Assembly (NCBI GenBank): GCA_965218785.1
Contig: OZ244650.1
Span: forward strand, 604,110-668,109
Direction: 5' to 3'
From: Nitrosopumilus sp.
Lineage (GTDB): Archaea; Thermoproteota; Nitrososphaeria; Nitrososphaerales; Nitrosopumilaceae
Length of the DNA stretch: 64,000 nt
Shown here: positions 9,582 through 18,762 of the stretch, one piece after another
How the letters are laid out: the number at the start of each line of letters is the position of its first letter
Numbering within the stretch: position 1 is the first letter of the stretch
Made by a program: the position numbers and the translations under genes
Notes under the pieces: generated by a model
What the model saw: only the letters and a program-made list of their open reading frames with translations
The model's database searches: none
What the model was told of the DNA's origin: nothing

Positions 9582-10727
9582 ATGTCTGATTATCAAGAAA
9601 TCACCTCCATTACAAATCAGATCCTGCAAAAACACGAATTATGTGATCAGTGTTTGGGCAGATTATTCTCAAAACAACTACACCTTTCATCCAACAGACT
9701 TCTTGGCAAAAAACTCAGGAAAAATCCAAACCTTTCTCAAAAATGCCATATCTGTAAAAATCTATTTGAGAACCTAGGTCATTTTTTAAAATTAATGCTT
9801 GATGCCTCGTCGGACTATTCTTTTTCATCATTTAGCATTGGCGCAATCATCAAACCGTCCATTGTCGATAGGGATGATTACATCCGTTCAAAATACAAAT
9901 TAAGAGGAATTGACGGCATAAAGACGGACATCACAAAAGAATTGGGAAAATTCTTTTCAAGAAAAACAAAAAAGTCAGTTGATTTTTTGGATCCTGATCT
10001 GACTTTTACCATAAATCTCAAGGACGAATCATGTCAGTTACGTTCAAAATCAATAACCCTTTCTGGACGATATGTCAAAACTTTGAAAGGCATGCCACAA
10101 AAGCAGAAATCCTGTTTGAACTGTCTTGGAAAGGGATGTCGAGTCTGCAGCTTTCATGGAATCTCGGAATTTGACAGCATTGAAGGAATCATCTCCAAAT
10201 TTCTTTTTGAAAAATTCGGCGGAACCACTGCTAAATTCACATGGATTGGAGGCGAGGATAAATCTAGCCTGGTTTTAGGTAGTGGCAGACCGTTTTTTGT
10301 CAAGATTCAGAATCCACTGGCAAGAAATTTGAGATTATCTTCTAAAAAATTTGATTCACTTAAAATCACCAATCTTAAGACGGTTTTAGAATCCCCCAAA
10401 AAACCTCTCAAATTTGCCTCGTTAATGGATGTGAAGATATCTGCAGAATCCAAAATTGACTCAAAAAATCTGCAAAAATTAAAGGATCTTCAGAAACACA
10501 CAATCGTCGTATATGAAAAATCCGGAAAACGCTCTGAAAAGAAGATCTTTTCTATAAAATACAAAAAGAATTCTGAGCATGCATTTACCATGTTTGTCAA
10601 AACCGAGGGAGGCCTTCCAATAAGGCGATTTGTAAACGGTGATGACGTATCTCCGAGTGTCTCTAAAGTCCTTGGCATTCCTTGCAAGTGCCAAGACTTT
10701 GATTTTCTCGATATTGAGATAAAATGA
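9582..10727 (+). CDS. pus10: tRNA pseudouridine(54/55) synthase Pus10-like
   Basis: N-terminal CDQCLGR, THUMP-like region, GRYVK, GEDK..LG.GRPF, EGGLPI. Confidence 0.8.
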   Translation: MSDYQEITSITNQILQKHELCDQCLGRLFSKQLHLSSNRLLGKKLRKNPNLSQKCHICKNLFENLGHFLKLMLDASSDYSFSSFSIGAIIKPSIVDRDDYIRSKYKLRGIDGIKTDITKELGKFFSRKTKKSVDFLDPDLTFTINLKDESCQLRSKSITLSGRYVKTLKGMPQKQKSCLNCLGKGCRVCSFHGISEFDSIEGIISKFLFEKFGGTTAKFTWIGGEDKSSLVLGSGRPFFVKIQNPLARNLRLSSKKFDSLKITNLKTVLESPKKPLKFASLMDVKISAESKIDSKNLQKLKDLQKHTIVVYEKSGKRSEKKIFSIKYKKNSEHAFTMFVKTEGGLPIRRFVNGDDVSPSVSKVLGIPCKCQDFDFLDIEIK

Positions 10728-10895
10728 TAACAATTAACTAGCACTAAATATCAAAGATAACATGCCAATTAGAAAAAAAGGTAAACATCAAAGACACGCT
10801 GATCAAAGGGCTCAAACCCGCAAAAAAAAGAAATCCGGAAAACCACGATCTTAATTAAATCAACCTTTTTACATTCATAATTATCGAGGTAAATC

Positions 10896-11603
10896 GTGGA
10901 TCCGCTAATACGCCTCAAGGACGCACACACTAAAGGGCTAATTCCTGACGACGTGTTTGATCTTGCCATGAAACGTTTTCCAATTACTGTTGATGGGATA
11001 AACCGAATTGAGAAGGCATCTGGAATTCAATACCCTGTCGCATACGTTGAACCATCACTGGTACTTTCTTCTCCACACCCAAATTCATATGAATACGGTA
11101 TCTTGTTTGCAAGAACGCTTCCTGTGATGTTTGAAGAACAGTTTCAGGTTGTGATTCAGATTTCGGCCCCACTTGTTGCCTATGGACTCAAGGGGACAAT
11201 TCATGCAATTCTGGCACATGAATTTTTACATTTTCTAGAATTAATAAGAAAAATCTCAAAAATGGAATTACTATCTGACGAGATTTCCGGCAATCTATTT
11301 GAAAACGTCTACAGTGATGAAACTAGATTGTTTGAACCCCGAGTTGTTTTCAAAGATCGAACTTTGTTAAACCACATTACCAAGAAATTCCCTGCCGGGT
11401 TTCGTGATTACAAGCTTGAAGACAAGGCCGTAAAATTTTGGGCCGACAAAAATCTTCCCAAGACCAACATCGCTTTGGATAGCAACACTGTAAAACTATC
11501 TGCAGAATCCCTTTCTAAAATTAAATTAGATCCTAAATTTATTTCAAAAATTGAAGAGTTGGAAAAAAAGAGTTCAAAAATTCATAAAAAAAGATTGTAC
11601 TAG
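10896..11603 (+). CDS. Conserved hypothetical protein with HExxH motif
   Basis: ILAHEFLHFLE zincin-like motif. Confidence 0.65.
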   Translation: MDPLIRLKDAHTKGLIPDDVFDLAMKRFPITVDGINRIEKASGIQYPVAYVEPSLVLSSPHPNSYEYGILFARTLPVMFEEQFQVVIQISAPLVAYGLKGTIHAILAHEFLHFLELIRKISKMELLSDEISGNLFENVYSDETRLFEPRVVFKDRTLLNHITKKFPAGFRDYKLEDKAVKFWADKNLPKTNIALDSNTVKLSAESLSKIKLDPKFISKIEELEKKSSKIHKKRLY

Positions 11604-11616
11604 TTTAATTAATTTG

Positions 11617-11790
11617 TCATTGATTATATTCTGTCAATCCACATTTTCCACAAGTTTGTCTGTCCTTGTGTTTTGACATAAACACGCCTTTTCCGCATCT
11701 TGAACAGTCCTTTCTGTCTCTTGAAATTTTGTCTCCATCAACTTTGTAATATGAATAAACACTTGGGCTAGAGCCTTTCTTGCCTGCCAT
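11617..11790 (-). CDS. rps27ae: 30S ribosomal protein S27ae
   Basis: Manual translation [57 protein letters not shown] (57 aa, below the ORF-track cutoff). Confidence 0.95.
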   Translation of the reverse strand: MAGKKGSSPSVYSYYKVDGDKISRDRKDCSRCGKGVFMSKHKDRQTCGKCGLTEYNQ

Positions 11791-12326
11791 TATTCAGATT
11801 TCGCCTCTTTTTTATCTGGGGTTTCGTCTGCTTTATCCTTTACATCCCCTGCTGGTTTTTCTTCTACAACAGCTTTATCCTTTACATCCCCTGCTGGTTT
11901 TTCTTCTGCAGCAGCGGCATCCCCTGCTGGTTTTTCTTCTACAACAGCTTTATCCTTTACATCCCCTGCTGGTTTTTCTTCTGCAGCAGCGGCATCCCCT
12001 GCTGGTTTTTCTGCAGCCGCAGCGGCCTCTTCTGCAAGTTTAGCTTTGGTTTTTTCCAGTCTTGAGAAGATTGTTGGATCAACGTGTTTTTTTGCCAACA
12101 CTTCATCATCATAAACATAGAAAGTACCTGTAATCGTAGGTCTTCCTACATGGGTTTTTAATCCCATTGGAATTACAACCTTGCCATCTAGTTTGAATTC
12201 CTTGGTAATCATATCTACTGCTTCCATCTTTTTGAGCCTGCCTCCCAATCCTGCAAAATTACAAGTTAGCTCCCTTCTAGACAGAAAAGTGTTATCAACA
12301 TCTGTAATTGTCTCAATAATGGACAT
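11790..12326 (-). CDS. rps24e: 30S ribosomal protein S24e with repetitive acidic C-terminal tail
   Basis: [29 protein letters not shown]; upstream of rps27ae as is usual in archaea. Start taken at MSIIET. Confidence 0.88.
   Translation of the reverse strand: MSIIETITDVDNTFLSRRELTCNFAGLGGRLKKMEAVDMITKEFKLDGKVVIPMGLKTHVGRPTITGTFYVYDDEVLAKKHVDPTIFSRLEKTKAKLAEEAAAAAEKPAGDAAAAEEKPAGDVKDKAVVEEKPAGDAAAAEEKPAGDVKDKAVVEEKPAGDVKDKADETPDKKEAKSE
11830..12026. repeat. In-frame 33-bp and 42-bp tandem units in the rps24e tail
   Basis: ATCCCCTGCTGGTTTTTCTTCT recurs; encodes [11 protein letters not shown] and [14 protein letters not shown]. Confidence 0.9.
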
Positions 12327-12411
12327 ATGTATCCCAAATCCTTTGGGCATTTTATATAAACCTTGATTGAAATTAGCGAAGAAATTTAAGAAATCCATGT
12401 CAAATAACTCC

Positions 12412-12972
12412 ATGGAAAGATACCTGCTTCATTTTAAAAATGAGGGACATGTCCCCAAACACTGCAGAGAACTGGCGTACAAGGCAAGGGATCTTGCATC
12501 TGGGATGAATATATCAATAAGACTTGCCAGGGTGGCCACCAAATTTATCGAATTTGACGTGGCCTCTAAAAAAGAGGATCTGGATTTACTTGTTCAAAAA
12601 CTGTCCCCGATTGGAACCATTGATAACGTCAGACATGTCTTTGAAGAGCATATAGAGAAAGAACAAGGAATCACTGACGGGATATTCTACTTTAACAATG
12701 AACGATTTTGGGAATGTCATGAGGCATTTGAAGGTGTCTGGCTCCAGTGTTATGGACGAGAAAAAGAACTGGTTCAGGGCATTATTCTAGTTGCAGTTGC
12801 GTTTGCCCATAAACAAGAAAATGAAGAAAGCATCGGTATTGGAATGCTGAGCCGGGCTTTAGAAAAATTAGGAACCTCCCCTACCGTATATCACTCCATC
12901 GATGTTGATAGAATAAGGAAAAAATCCGTTCAAATGCAACAGGCAAACAAGTTGACTAGATTTGAGATTTAA
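12412..12972 (+). CDS. DUF309-family protein
   Basis: FNNERFWECHEAFEGVW...LVQGIILVAVAFAH. Confidence 0.8.
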   Translation: MERYLLHFKNEGHVPKHCRELAYKARDLASGMNISIRLARVATKFIEFDVASKKEDLDLLVQKLSPIGTIDNVRHVFEEHIEKEQGITDGIFYFNNERFWECHEAFEGVWLQCYGREKELVQGIILVAVAFAHKQENEESIGIGMLSRALEKLGTSPTVYHSIDVDRIRKKSVQMQQANKLTRFEI

Positions 12973-14242
12973 TCAGTTCTAAAGACTTTGAAACCACTTC
13001 TGCTCCCTGAAGCAAACCGATACTTCCCTTCTTGGCCTGCTGCTCCGTCATTCTTGTCGTACCATCGTTTTTAATAAAATTCGCCGAAACCAAAACCGGA
13101 ACGGGATCATCACTGTGTCCCTTGTTGATGCAGGGCGTGGAATGGTCAGCTGATATGATGATTGCAACTTTGCTTGAATCAATATTCTCGACAAGCGTCT
13201 TGAAGAACCGCTGATCAATCTCCTCTATGTTTTTCATTTTGCCAACTGCGTCCCCGTCATGACCAAATTCATCTGGTCCCTTGAGGTGTACATATATCGC
13301 ATTTTGTGTCTGCATGGCCTTTGCAGCCATCCTTGCCTTTTCCTCATAATCTGTTAATCCTCCGGCTTCAAATGCCTTCATTTCTAGAACTTTTGAAATG
13401 CCAATCTCAACGGGCATGTCTACTATGCACGAAAAATTCATTGCGTATTTTTCATTAATTGGAACGACATCCGGATATTTGTTGCCTGCATCCCTTAGCA
13501 GAATACAGCTGAGCTGTTTTTTGTTTTGCCCCTTCCGTTTTTTGTTGATTTCTGCCTCCTTCATAATGCCGATTGCCTGCTCTGAAAACTCATTTACCAG
13601 ACTTGCGGTAAGTTTTGAATCCTTGGTCTCCTCTAAGGGCAGACATTTTTCGATCCTTAGATAATCCCCGACGGCTTTTGCCACCCCCATGCCACCAATG
13701 TTGCTATATGCCGGATCAGTATTGGTGATTTTTGATGATAATTTTTTAGAGTCTGTTCTAATCCTGACTGTCACCCTGTGTCCGATTGTTGGGGAGACTA
13801 CCACCGTCGTATCCGGATGTGAAAATTTGATTTTTTCTTCAATTTCTTTTGCCACCCCGACTGCGTCTTCCTTTTCAATATGCCTGCCTGCCCTTCTGTC
13901 TGTAATCACGCCTTTCTCATCAAGTGTGGAATAGTTTCCCCGTAAAGCCAAATCACCATCTTTAAAATCGATTCCAATTCCTATGGCCTCAATAACACCG
14001 CGTCCGGCATAATCCATATAGTTGAACTTGTATCCCAACATGTTAAAAACGGCAATGTCTGATTCTGGTGCTATCCCCTTCCCAACTGAAATTACTTCCC
14101 CGATTACCCCATTACTTGCAATTTTATCCAAAATCGGAGTCCTTGCAGCCTCTAATGGCGTTCTTCCATCCAAATCAGGATGTGGCAGATCCCCAACACC
14201 GTCCAAAAGCACGTAAACCATGTGAATACCTGAATTATCCAA
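12956..14242 (-). CDS. apgM: 2,3-bisphosphoglycerate-independent phosphoglycerate mutase (archaeal type)
   Basis: LDGVGD, TPLEAARTP, PESDIA, HLKGPDEFGHDG, ADHSTP. Confidence 0.92.
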   Translation of the reverse strand: MDNSGIHMVYVLLDGVGDLPHPDLDGRTPLEAARTPILDKIASNGVIGEVISVGKGIAPESDIAVFNMLGYKFNYMDYAGRGVIEAIGIGIDFKDGDLALRGNYSTLDEKGVITDRRAGRHIEKEDAVGVAKEIEEKIKFSHPDTTVVVSPTIGHRVTVRIRTDSKKLSSKITNTDPAYSNIGGMGVAKAVGDYLRIEKCLPLEETKDSKLTASLVNEFSEQAIGIMKEAEINKKRKGQNKKQLSCILLRDAGNKYPDVVPINEKYAMNFSCIVDMPVEIGISKVLEMKAFEAGGLTDYEEKARMAAKAMQTQNAIYVHLKGPDEFGHDGDAVGKMKNIEEIDQRFFKTLVENIDSSKVAIIISADHSTPCINKGHSDDPVPVLVSANFIKNDGTTRMTEQQAKKGSIGLLQGAEVVSKSLELIKSQI

Positions 14243-14396
14243 AATATCCCTGCTTATCTAAGATCACATACTTTGTTTTAAAGCTATCAAAACATGGTTA
14301 TGTCGGGCTATCGAGACCTAGAAAATCAGATTGAATTATTCAAAATATGAATTCTAATAATAGATAATTTAAATACAAATTTTATAAACAGCCCAT

Positions 14397-15692
14397 GTGA
14401 GATTAGAAAAAGTTTTTGGAGTAATTAATGATGATCTATCAACATATGTATCAAGGCAAGAAATAGATGACTGCTTTAAGAAAGCGTTTGAGCAAAAAAG
14501 GCAACTTGTAGTATATGGCTCATCTAAACAAGGAAAGACCACACTTCTAAATGCCCATATAGCGCAGGAAAATAAAATTACAGTTCAATGTTCTCCAACA
14601 ATAACTTTACACGATATTTATAAAACCATTCTTAAAAAATTACAGATTACAATTCAATCTAGTAGTTCAATTGAAAATGAAGACAGTACCAAAACTAAGT
14701 TTAATTTTAAAGTAAAAATTCCCATGTTAGCTGAAGCGGGAATAGAAGTTGAAAAATCATCAGGTGAACGAGAAACAAATTCCGAATTATAGATGGATAT
14801 TGACAGTGCACAAGATGTGGCAGAAATACTGAAAAAATATTTTCCTGAAAAAATCGTCATACTTGAAAATTTTCATTATTTAGAAGAGAAGGAACAAAAA
14901 TTATTTGCTTTTGATTTAAGAACATTTCAAGATATTGATGTGCGAGTAATAATTTTAGGAATTTGGAGAGAAAGAAACAGATTAACTCAGTATAATGGAG
15001 ATTTACAAGACAGAATAATTGAATTACCTGTAGAACCTTGGACGGGAGAGCATTTACAAGAAATAATCAAGTTGGGTGAAAAATCTCTCAATATAGATAT
15101 GAGTGACATTAGGAATGATCTGATTAAAGAATCATTTGGTAATGTTGGAATGTTACAAGAATTATGTAAAGAATGTTGTTATGATGCACACATAATTGAA
15201 ACTGAAGATCTAAGGAAATTAACAAATGATAATTTACAAAATGCTATTGCTAAAATTACTAATTCGTATGCAAGTAGATTCCACAGAGCACTTGAAACAT
15301 TTGCAGATGCTAAACCAAGACAATCTCCAGATGGAAGTCAAGGGTTAGGAATGCCATATTTTTTTGTACGTGTTGTTCTTTCAAATTCCGATGCACGACA
15401 AATTAAAAATGGATTATCTGTGTACGATTTGAGAAAAGCAATTAAAAAAATCCATCCAAATCACGATAATAGAAGATTTGATAGTGCTCTTACTATTTTT
15501 CTCAATAGAATAAACATATATCAAAAAAATCACGGCATTACTCCCTCAATTTTTGACTATGATACCAATTTACGACAATTAAATATTGTTGATCCTAATT
15601 TCTTCTTTTTTGTTAGACATTATAATCATGATGAATTTTTAGAGGGTTTAAAACTACCACTTGGATATGCAAAAAAAACTCCAAGTTCATAA
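14397..15692 (+). CDS. AT-rich orphan P-loop ATPase
   Basis: Walker A GSSKQGKTT, Walker B-like IVILENFH; visibly more AT-rich than its neighbours. Confidence 0.75.
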
Positions 15693-15696
15693 ATCT

Positions 15697-16479
15697 CAGA
15701 ATTTTCAGGAATTTCAGGAATTTCAGGAATTTCAGGAATTTGAGGAATTTCAGGAATTTCAGGAATTTCAGGAATTTGAGGAATTTCAGGAATTTCAGGA
15801 AGGTTTGAGGAATTTGAGGAATTTCAGGAATTTGAGGAATTTCAGGAATTTCAGGAATTTCAGGAATTTCAGGAATTTCAGGAATTTCAGGAATTTCAGG
15901 AATTTCAGGAATTTGAGGAATTTCAGGAATTTCAGGAATTTCAGGAGGAATTTCAGGAATTTGAGGAATTTCAGAAATTTCAGGAATTTCAGGAATTTCA
16001 GGAATTTCAGGAATTTCAGGAATTTCAGGAATTTCAGGAATTTCAGGAATTTCAGGAATTTCAGGAAGCTTTGAGGAATTTCAGGAATTTCAGGAAGGAA
16101 TTTCAGGAATTTCAGGAATTTCAGGAATTTCAGGAATTTGAGGAATTTCAGGAATTTGAGGAATTTCAGGAATTTCAGGAATTTCAGGAATTTCAGGAAT
16201 TTCAGGAATTTCAGGGAGCTTTGAATTTCAGGAATTTCAGGAAGGTTTGAGGAATTTCAGGAATTTCAGGAATTTCAGGAATTTGAGGAATTTCAGGAAA
16301 GTTTCAGGAATTTCAGGAATTTGAGGAATTTCAGGAATTTGAGGAATTTGAGGAATTTGAGGAATTTGAGGAATTTGAGGAATTTCAGGAATTTCAGGAG
16401 AAAGTTTCAGGAATTTCAGGAATTTGAGGAATTTCAGGAATTTGAGGAATTTGAGGAATTTGAGGAATTTGAGGAATTT
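15697..16479. repeat. Tandem array of ~85 9-bp units, GGAATTT(C/G)A, with a few variant interruptions
   Basis: Directly visible in the sequence. Confidence 0.97.
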
Positions 16480-16572
16480 TAGAGCTGACACCTCTAAATG
16501 AGAGCACATTTTGCATGTTTTTAGTCACGCACTTATTTATTTCTCATACCCCATGTGATAAGAATTCTTCAA

Positions 16573-16720
16573 GAGGGTCTGTTGCAAATTGGTGATATAT
16601 GCATGAACTCCAATCTTGATAAGATCCTGATTTCATGTCTCGATCATTAGACAGAACCCAAAACATGCGATCAAAAAAAACCCAAGACTCGTTGTTTTAT
16701 TTTTCCAAAACATAATTTTT
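16573..16720 (-). mobile_element. Possible IS end remnant (IS1182/IS5-like)
   Basis: GAGGGTCTGTTGCAAA resembles IS terminal repeats; minus strand reads FGKIKQ..LGF, like a transposase C-terminus. Degraded, and no partner end was found. Confidence 0.25.
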
Positions 16721-16821
16721 TGATGGGAACATCCCAACCTGTTAAACCCGTGGATTTTTTTTATCTGGGTTTTAATCATGACTTAGCAAACATTTTAAAA
16801 CACATATTTTAGATAACAATC

Positions 16822-17838
16822 ATGGGAGATATGCGCAAGGATTACGTATCTGAGCGCTTTATGATAATTTCAAAAAAAGATGACAAAGTCCCCGACCCAA
16901 AAAAATTCCCATACGCACCTGGAAATGAAGCCATGACAAATCCCTCCGTTTTGTCCCTTGTTGCAAAGGATGGAATGCTGCAGCGGCTTCAGGACAATGA
17001 GGATGAATATGTGAAAGGATGGTCAATTAGGGTTTTTGAAAGCAAAAATCCCATAGTATCAATAGAGACTGAAAATTCCTACAGTGATCGGCCTTTTTAT
17101 AGCGAACCGGCATATGGATACCATTACATCGTGGTTGCAACCCCCAACAAAACAGACACGTTTGCAACAATTGATGCTGAACAATGGTCAAATGTCCTTG
17201 TAGTCGTTCAGGACAGATTAAGATGGCTTTACACCCAAAAAGGCGTTACATACGTCTCCATTTATGCTGACCACGGCGAGCTGGCAGGCAATGAAAATCC
17301 ACATCCACACCTTCACATTCTTACATTTTCTACAATCCCGCCAATAATTGAAAACGAGGCAGAGGCCTCCCACAAGATTCTAAATGAAAAAGGTGTATGT
17401 CCCATGTGTCAGATAGTGCATGAAGAGACTGCAGGCAAGCGGGAGATACTTCAGACAGAGGGATTTATCGCGTTTTGTCCGTGGTCCCCCTCCCATCCTT
17501 ACGAATTCTGGATTTCCCCCAAAAAACACACTACAAGTTTCTCAAAAATCACTCAAAAAGAGATTAACAATCTATCTCTGATTCTAAGATCCACCTTGGG
17601 CGGTCTTTCTAACACCATCAAAAACGTCTCATATAACTTGGTATTTCATCTCTCTCCTGAAAAGAAAAACAGCAGGCAAATTCACTGGCACATTGAAGTC
17701 TATCCAATCACCAAGGCATGGTCTGGATTAGAACGTGGATATGGAATCTTCCTAAATGACGTGTCTCCTGAGCAGGCCGCCGAAAAACTTGGAGTTGCCT
17801 GCCGAAAGGAGATGGCAAATCTTGTCGGCATTGTCTGA
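16822..17838 (+). CDS. galT: GalT-like nucleotidyltransferase (HIT superfamily)
   Basis: YGYHYIVV, HPHLH, CPMC, HPYEFWISPKKH, HWHIEVYP. Confidence 0.75.
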   Translation: MGDMRKDYVSERFMIISKKDDKVPDPKKFPYAPGNEAMTNPSVLSLVAKDGMLQRLQDNEDEYVKGWSIRVFESKNPIVSIETENSYSDRPFYSEPAYGYHYIVVATPNKTDTFATIDAEQWSNVLVVVQDRLRWLYTQKGVTYVSIYADHGELAGNENPHPHLHILTFSTIPPIIENEAEASHKILNEKGVCPMCQIVHEETAGKREILQTEGFIAFCPWSPSHPYEFWISPKKHTTSFSKITQKEINNLSLILRSTLGGLSNTIKNVSYNLVFHLSPEKKNSRQIHWHIEVYPITKAWSGLERGYGIFLNDVSPEQAAEKLGVACRKEMANLVGIV

Positions 17839-17846
17839 TTTTTTGA

Positions 17847-18320
17847 ATGGTTTATTTATCAACTAAAACTGCTAGAATCATGGCAATTGAGAAATGGCTT
17901 GCAATTACCAGTGTTGCACTATTTGCAATGTTTGCAGGAGAAATGATCTCAGTTTATAATTTCATGATCGATCCTCCGGAGGAATTCACATTCCTGGGAT
18001 CCTTTTCAGCGGATCCAAAAATACTTCAATTCATCTCAATTGGCATCGCACCTGCCGGAATCCTGGCAGCCGTTGCCTTTATCATGTCTAGACAGTATGG
18101 CTCAAAACCAATCGGCGCGATGATCATCGTTGGTGGAATAATCCTGTTGGCAGGAATGCTTGTCTGTTATTTACTGCTAGAGAAAATTAATCCGATATAT
18201 CTTACAGATGTTGTTTTGCTTGCACCATTTTTGTTTATGGCACTCACCATTCCCGTAGTTATAGTCGGCGCATGCTTGCTCAAAGAGAAAAAGAAACGCC
18301 CCAGAAAGGAATTTTTTTAG
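17847..18320 (+). CDS. Hypothetical membrane protein (about 4 TM)
   Basis: Four hydrophobic segments and a basic C-terminus. Confidence 0.7.
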   Translation: MVYLSTKTARIMAIEKWLAITSVALFAMFAGEMISVYNFMIDPPEEFTFLGSFSADPKILQFISIGIAPAGILAAVAFIMSRQYGSKPIGAMIIVGGIILLAGMLVCYLLLEKINPIYLTDVVLLAPFLFMALTIPVVIVGACLLKEKKKRPRKEFF

Positions 18321-18760
18321 ACATAGTCATATCTTAGCTCGCTTGCAACATGTCTAAAGCCGAGTTTTTCATAAAATGATTTTACATCATCCGTACAATC
18401 CAAAATTGTCTTGTAACAGCCGCGTTTTTTTGCGATTTCAAGAAGATGGTTCATAATCTTCTCTCCTATCTTCCGTCCCTGAAATTCCGCATCCACCACA
18501 ACGTCTTCAATATGGCCTACCAGTCCGCCGCTATGGATGAATTTCTGTTCAATTATTAGTGTCGCGGCCCCTACTATCCTTCCGTCTGATTCGGCGACTG
18601 CTATGATATGATCCTGGTCTGCGTTAATTTTCTCAAAAATTTCATCTGCCCTGCCCTTGTCAATATGACTTGTCTGTCTTAATGAATCCAGCGTTCTCAA
18701 GAAACCGTTTTGGAGATCCCCGCTTTTTAATTCCCTGATAACTGGCTCGCTCATTTTCAT
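18317..18760 (-). CDS. GNAT acetyltransferase, glucosamine-6-phosphate N-acetyltransferase (GNA1)-like
   Basis: EQKFIH, GHIEDVVV, QGRKIG, GCYKTILDC, FYEKLGF. Confidence 0.85.
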   Translation of the reverse strand: MKMSEPVIRELKSGDLQNGFLRTLDSLRQTSHIDKGRADEIFEKINADQDHIIAVAESDGRIVGAATLIIEQKFIHSGGLVGHIEDVVVDAEFQGRKIGEKIMNHLLEIAKKRGCYKTILDCTDDVKSFYEKLGFRHVASELRYDYV

Positions 18761-18762
18761 CC

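Noticed and set aside
11780-12043. Plus-strand ([10 protein letters not shown])n ORF
   Set aside because: Antisense shadow of the rps24e repeat tail.
15697-16479. CRISPR array
   Set aside because: Contiguous 9-bp units with no unique spacers, and no cas genes in the window.
16237-16509. (LKF)n/(PEI)n minus-strand ORF as a real gene
   Set aside because: Arises automatically because a 9-bp unit is stop-free in some frames; no independent support.
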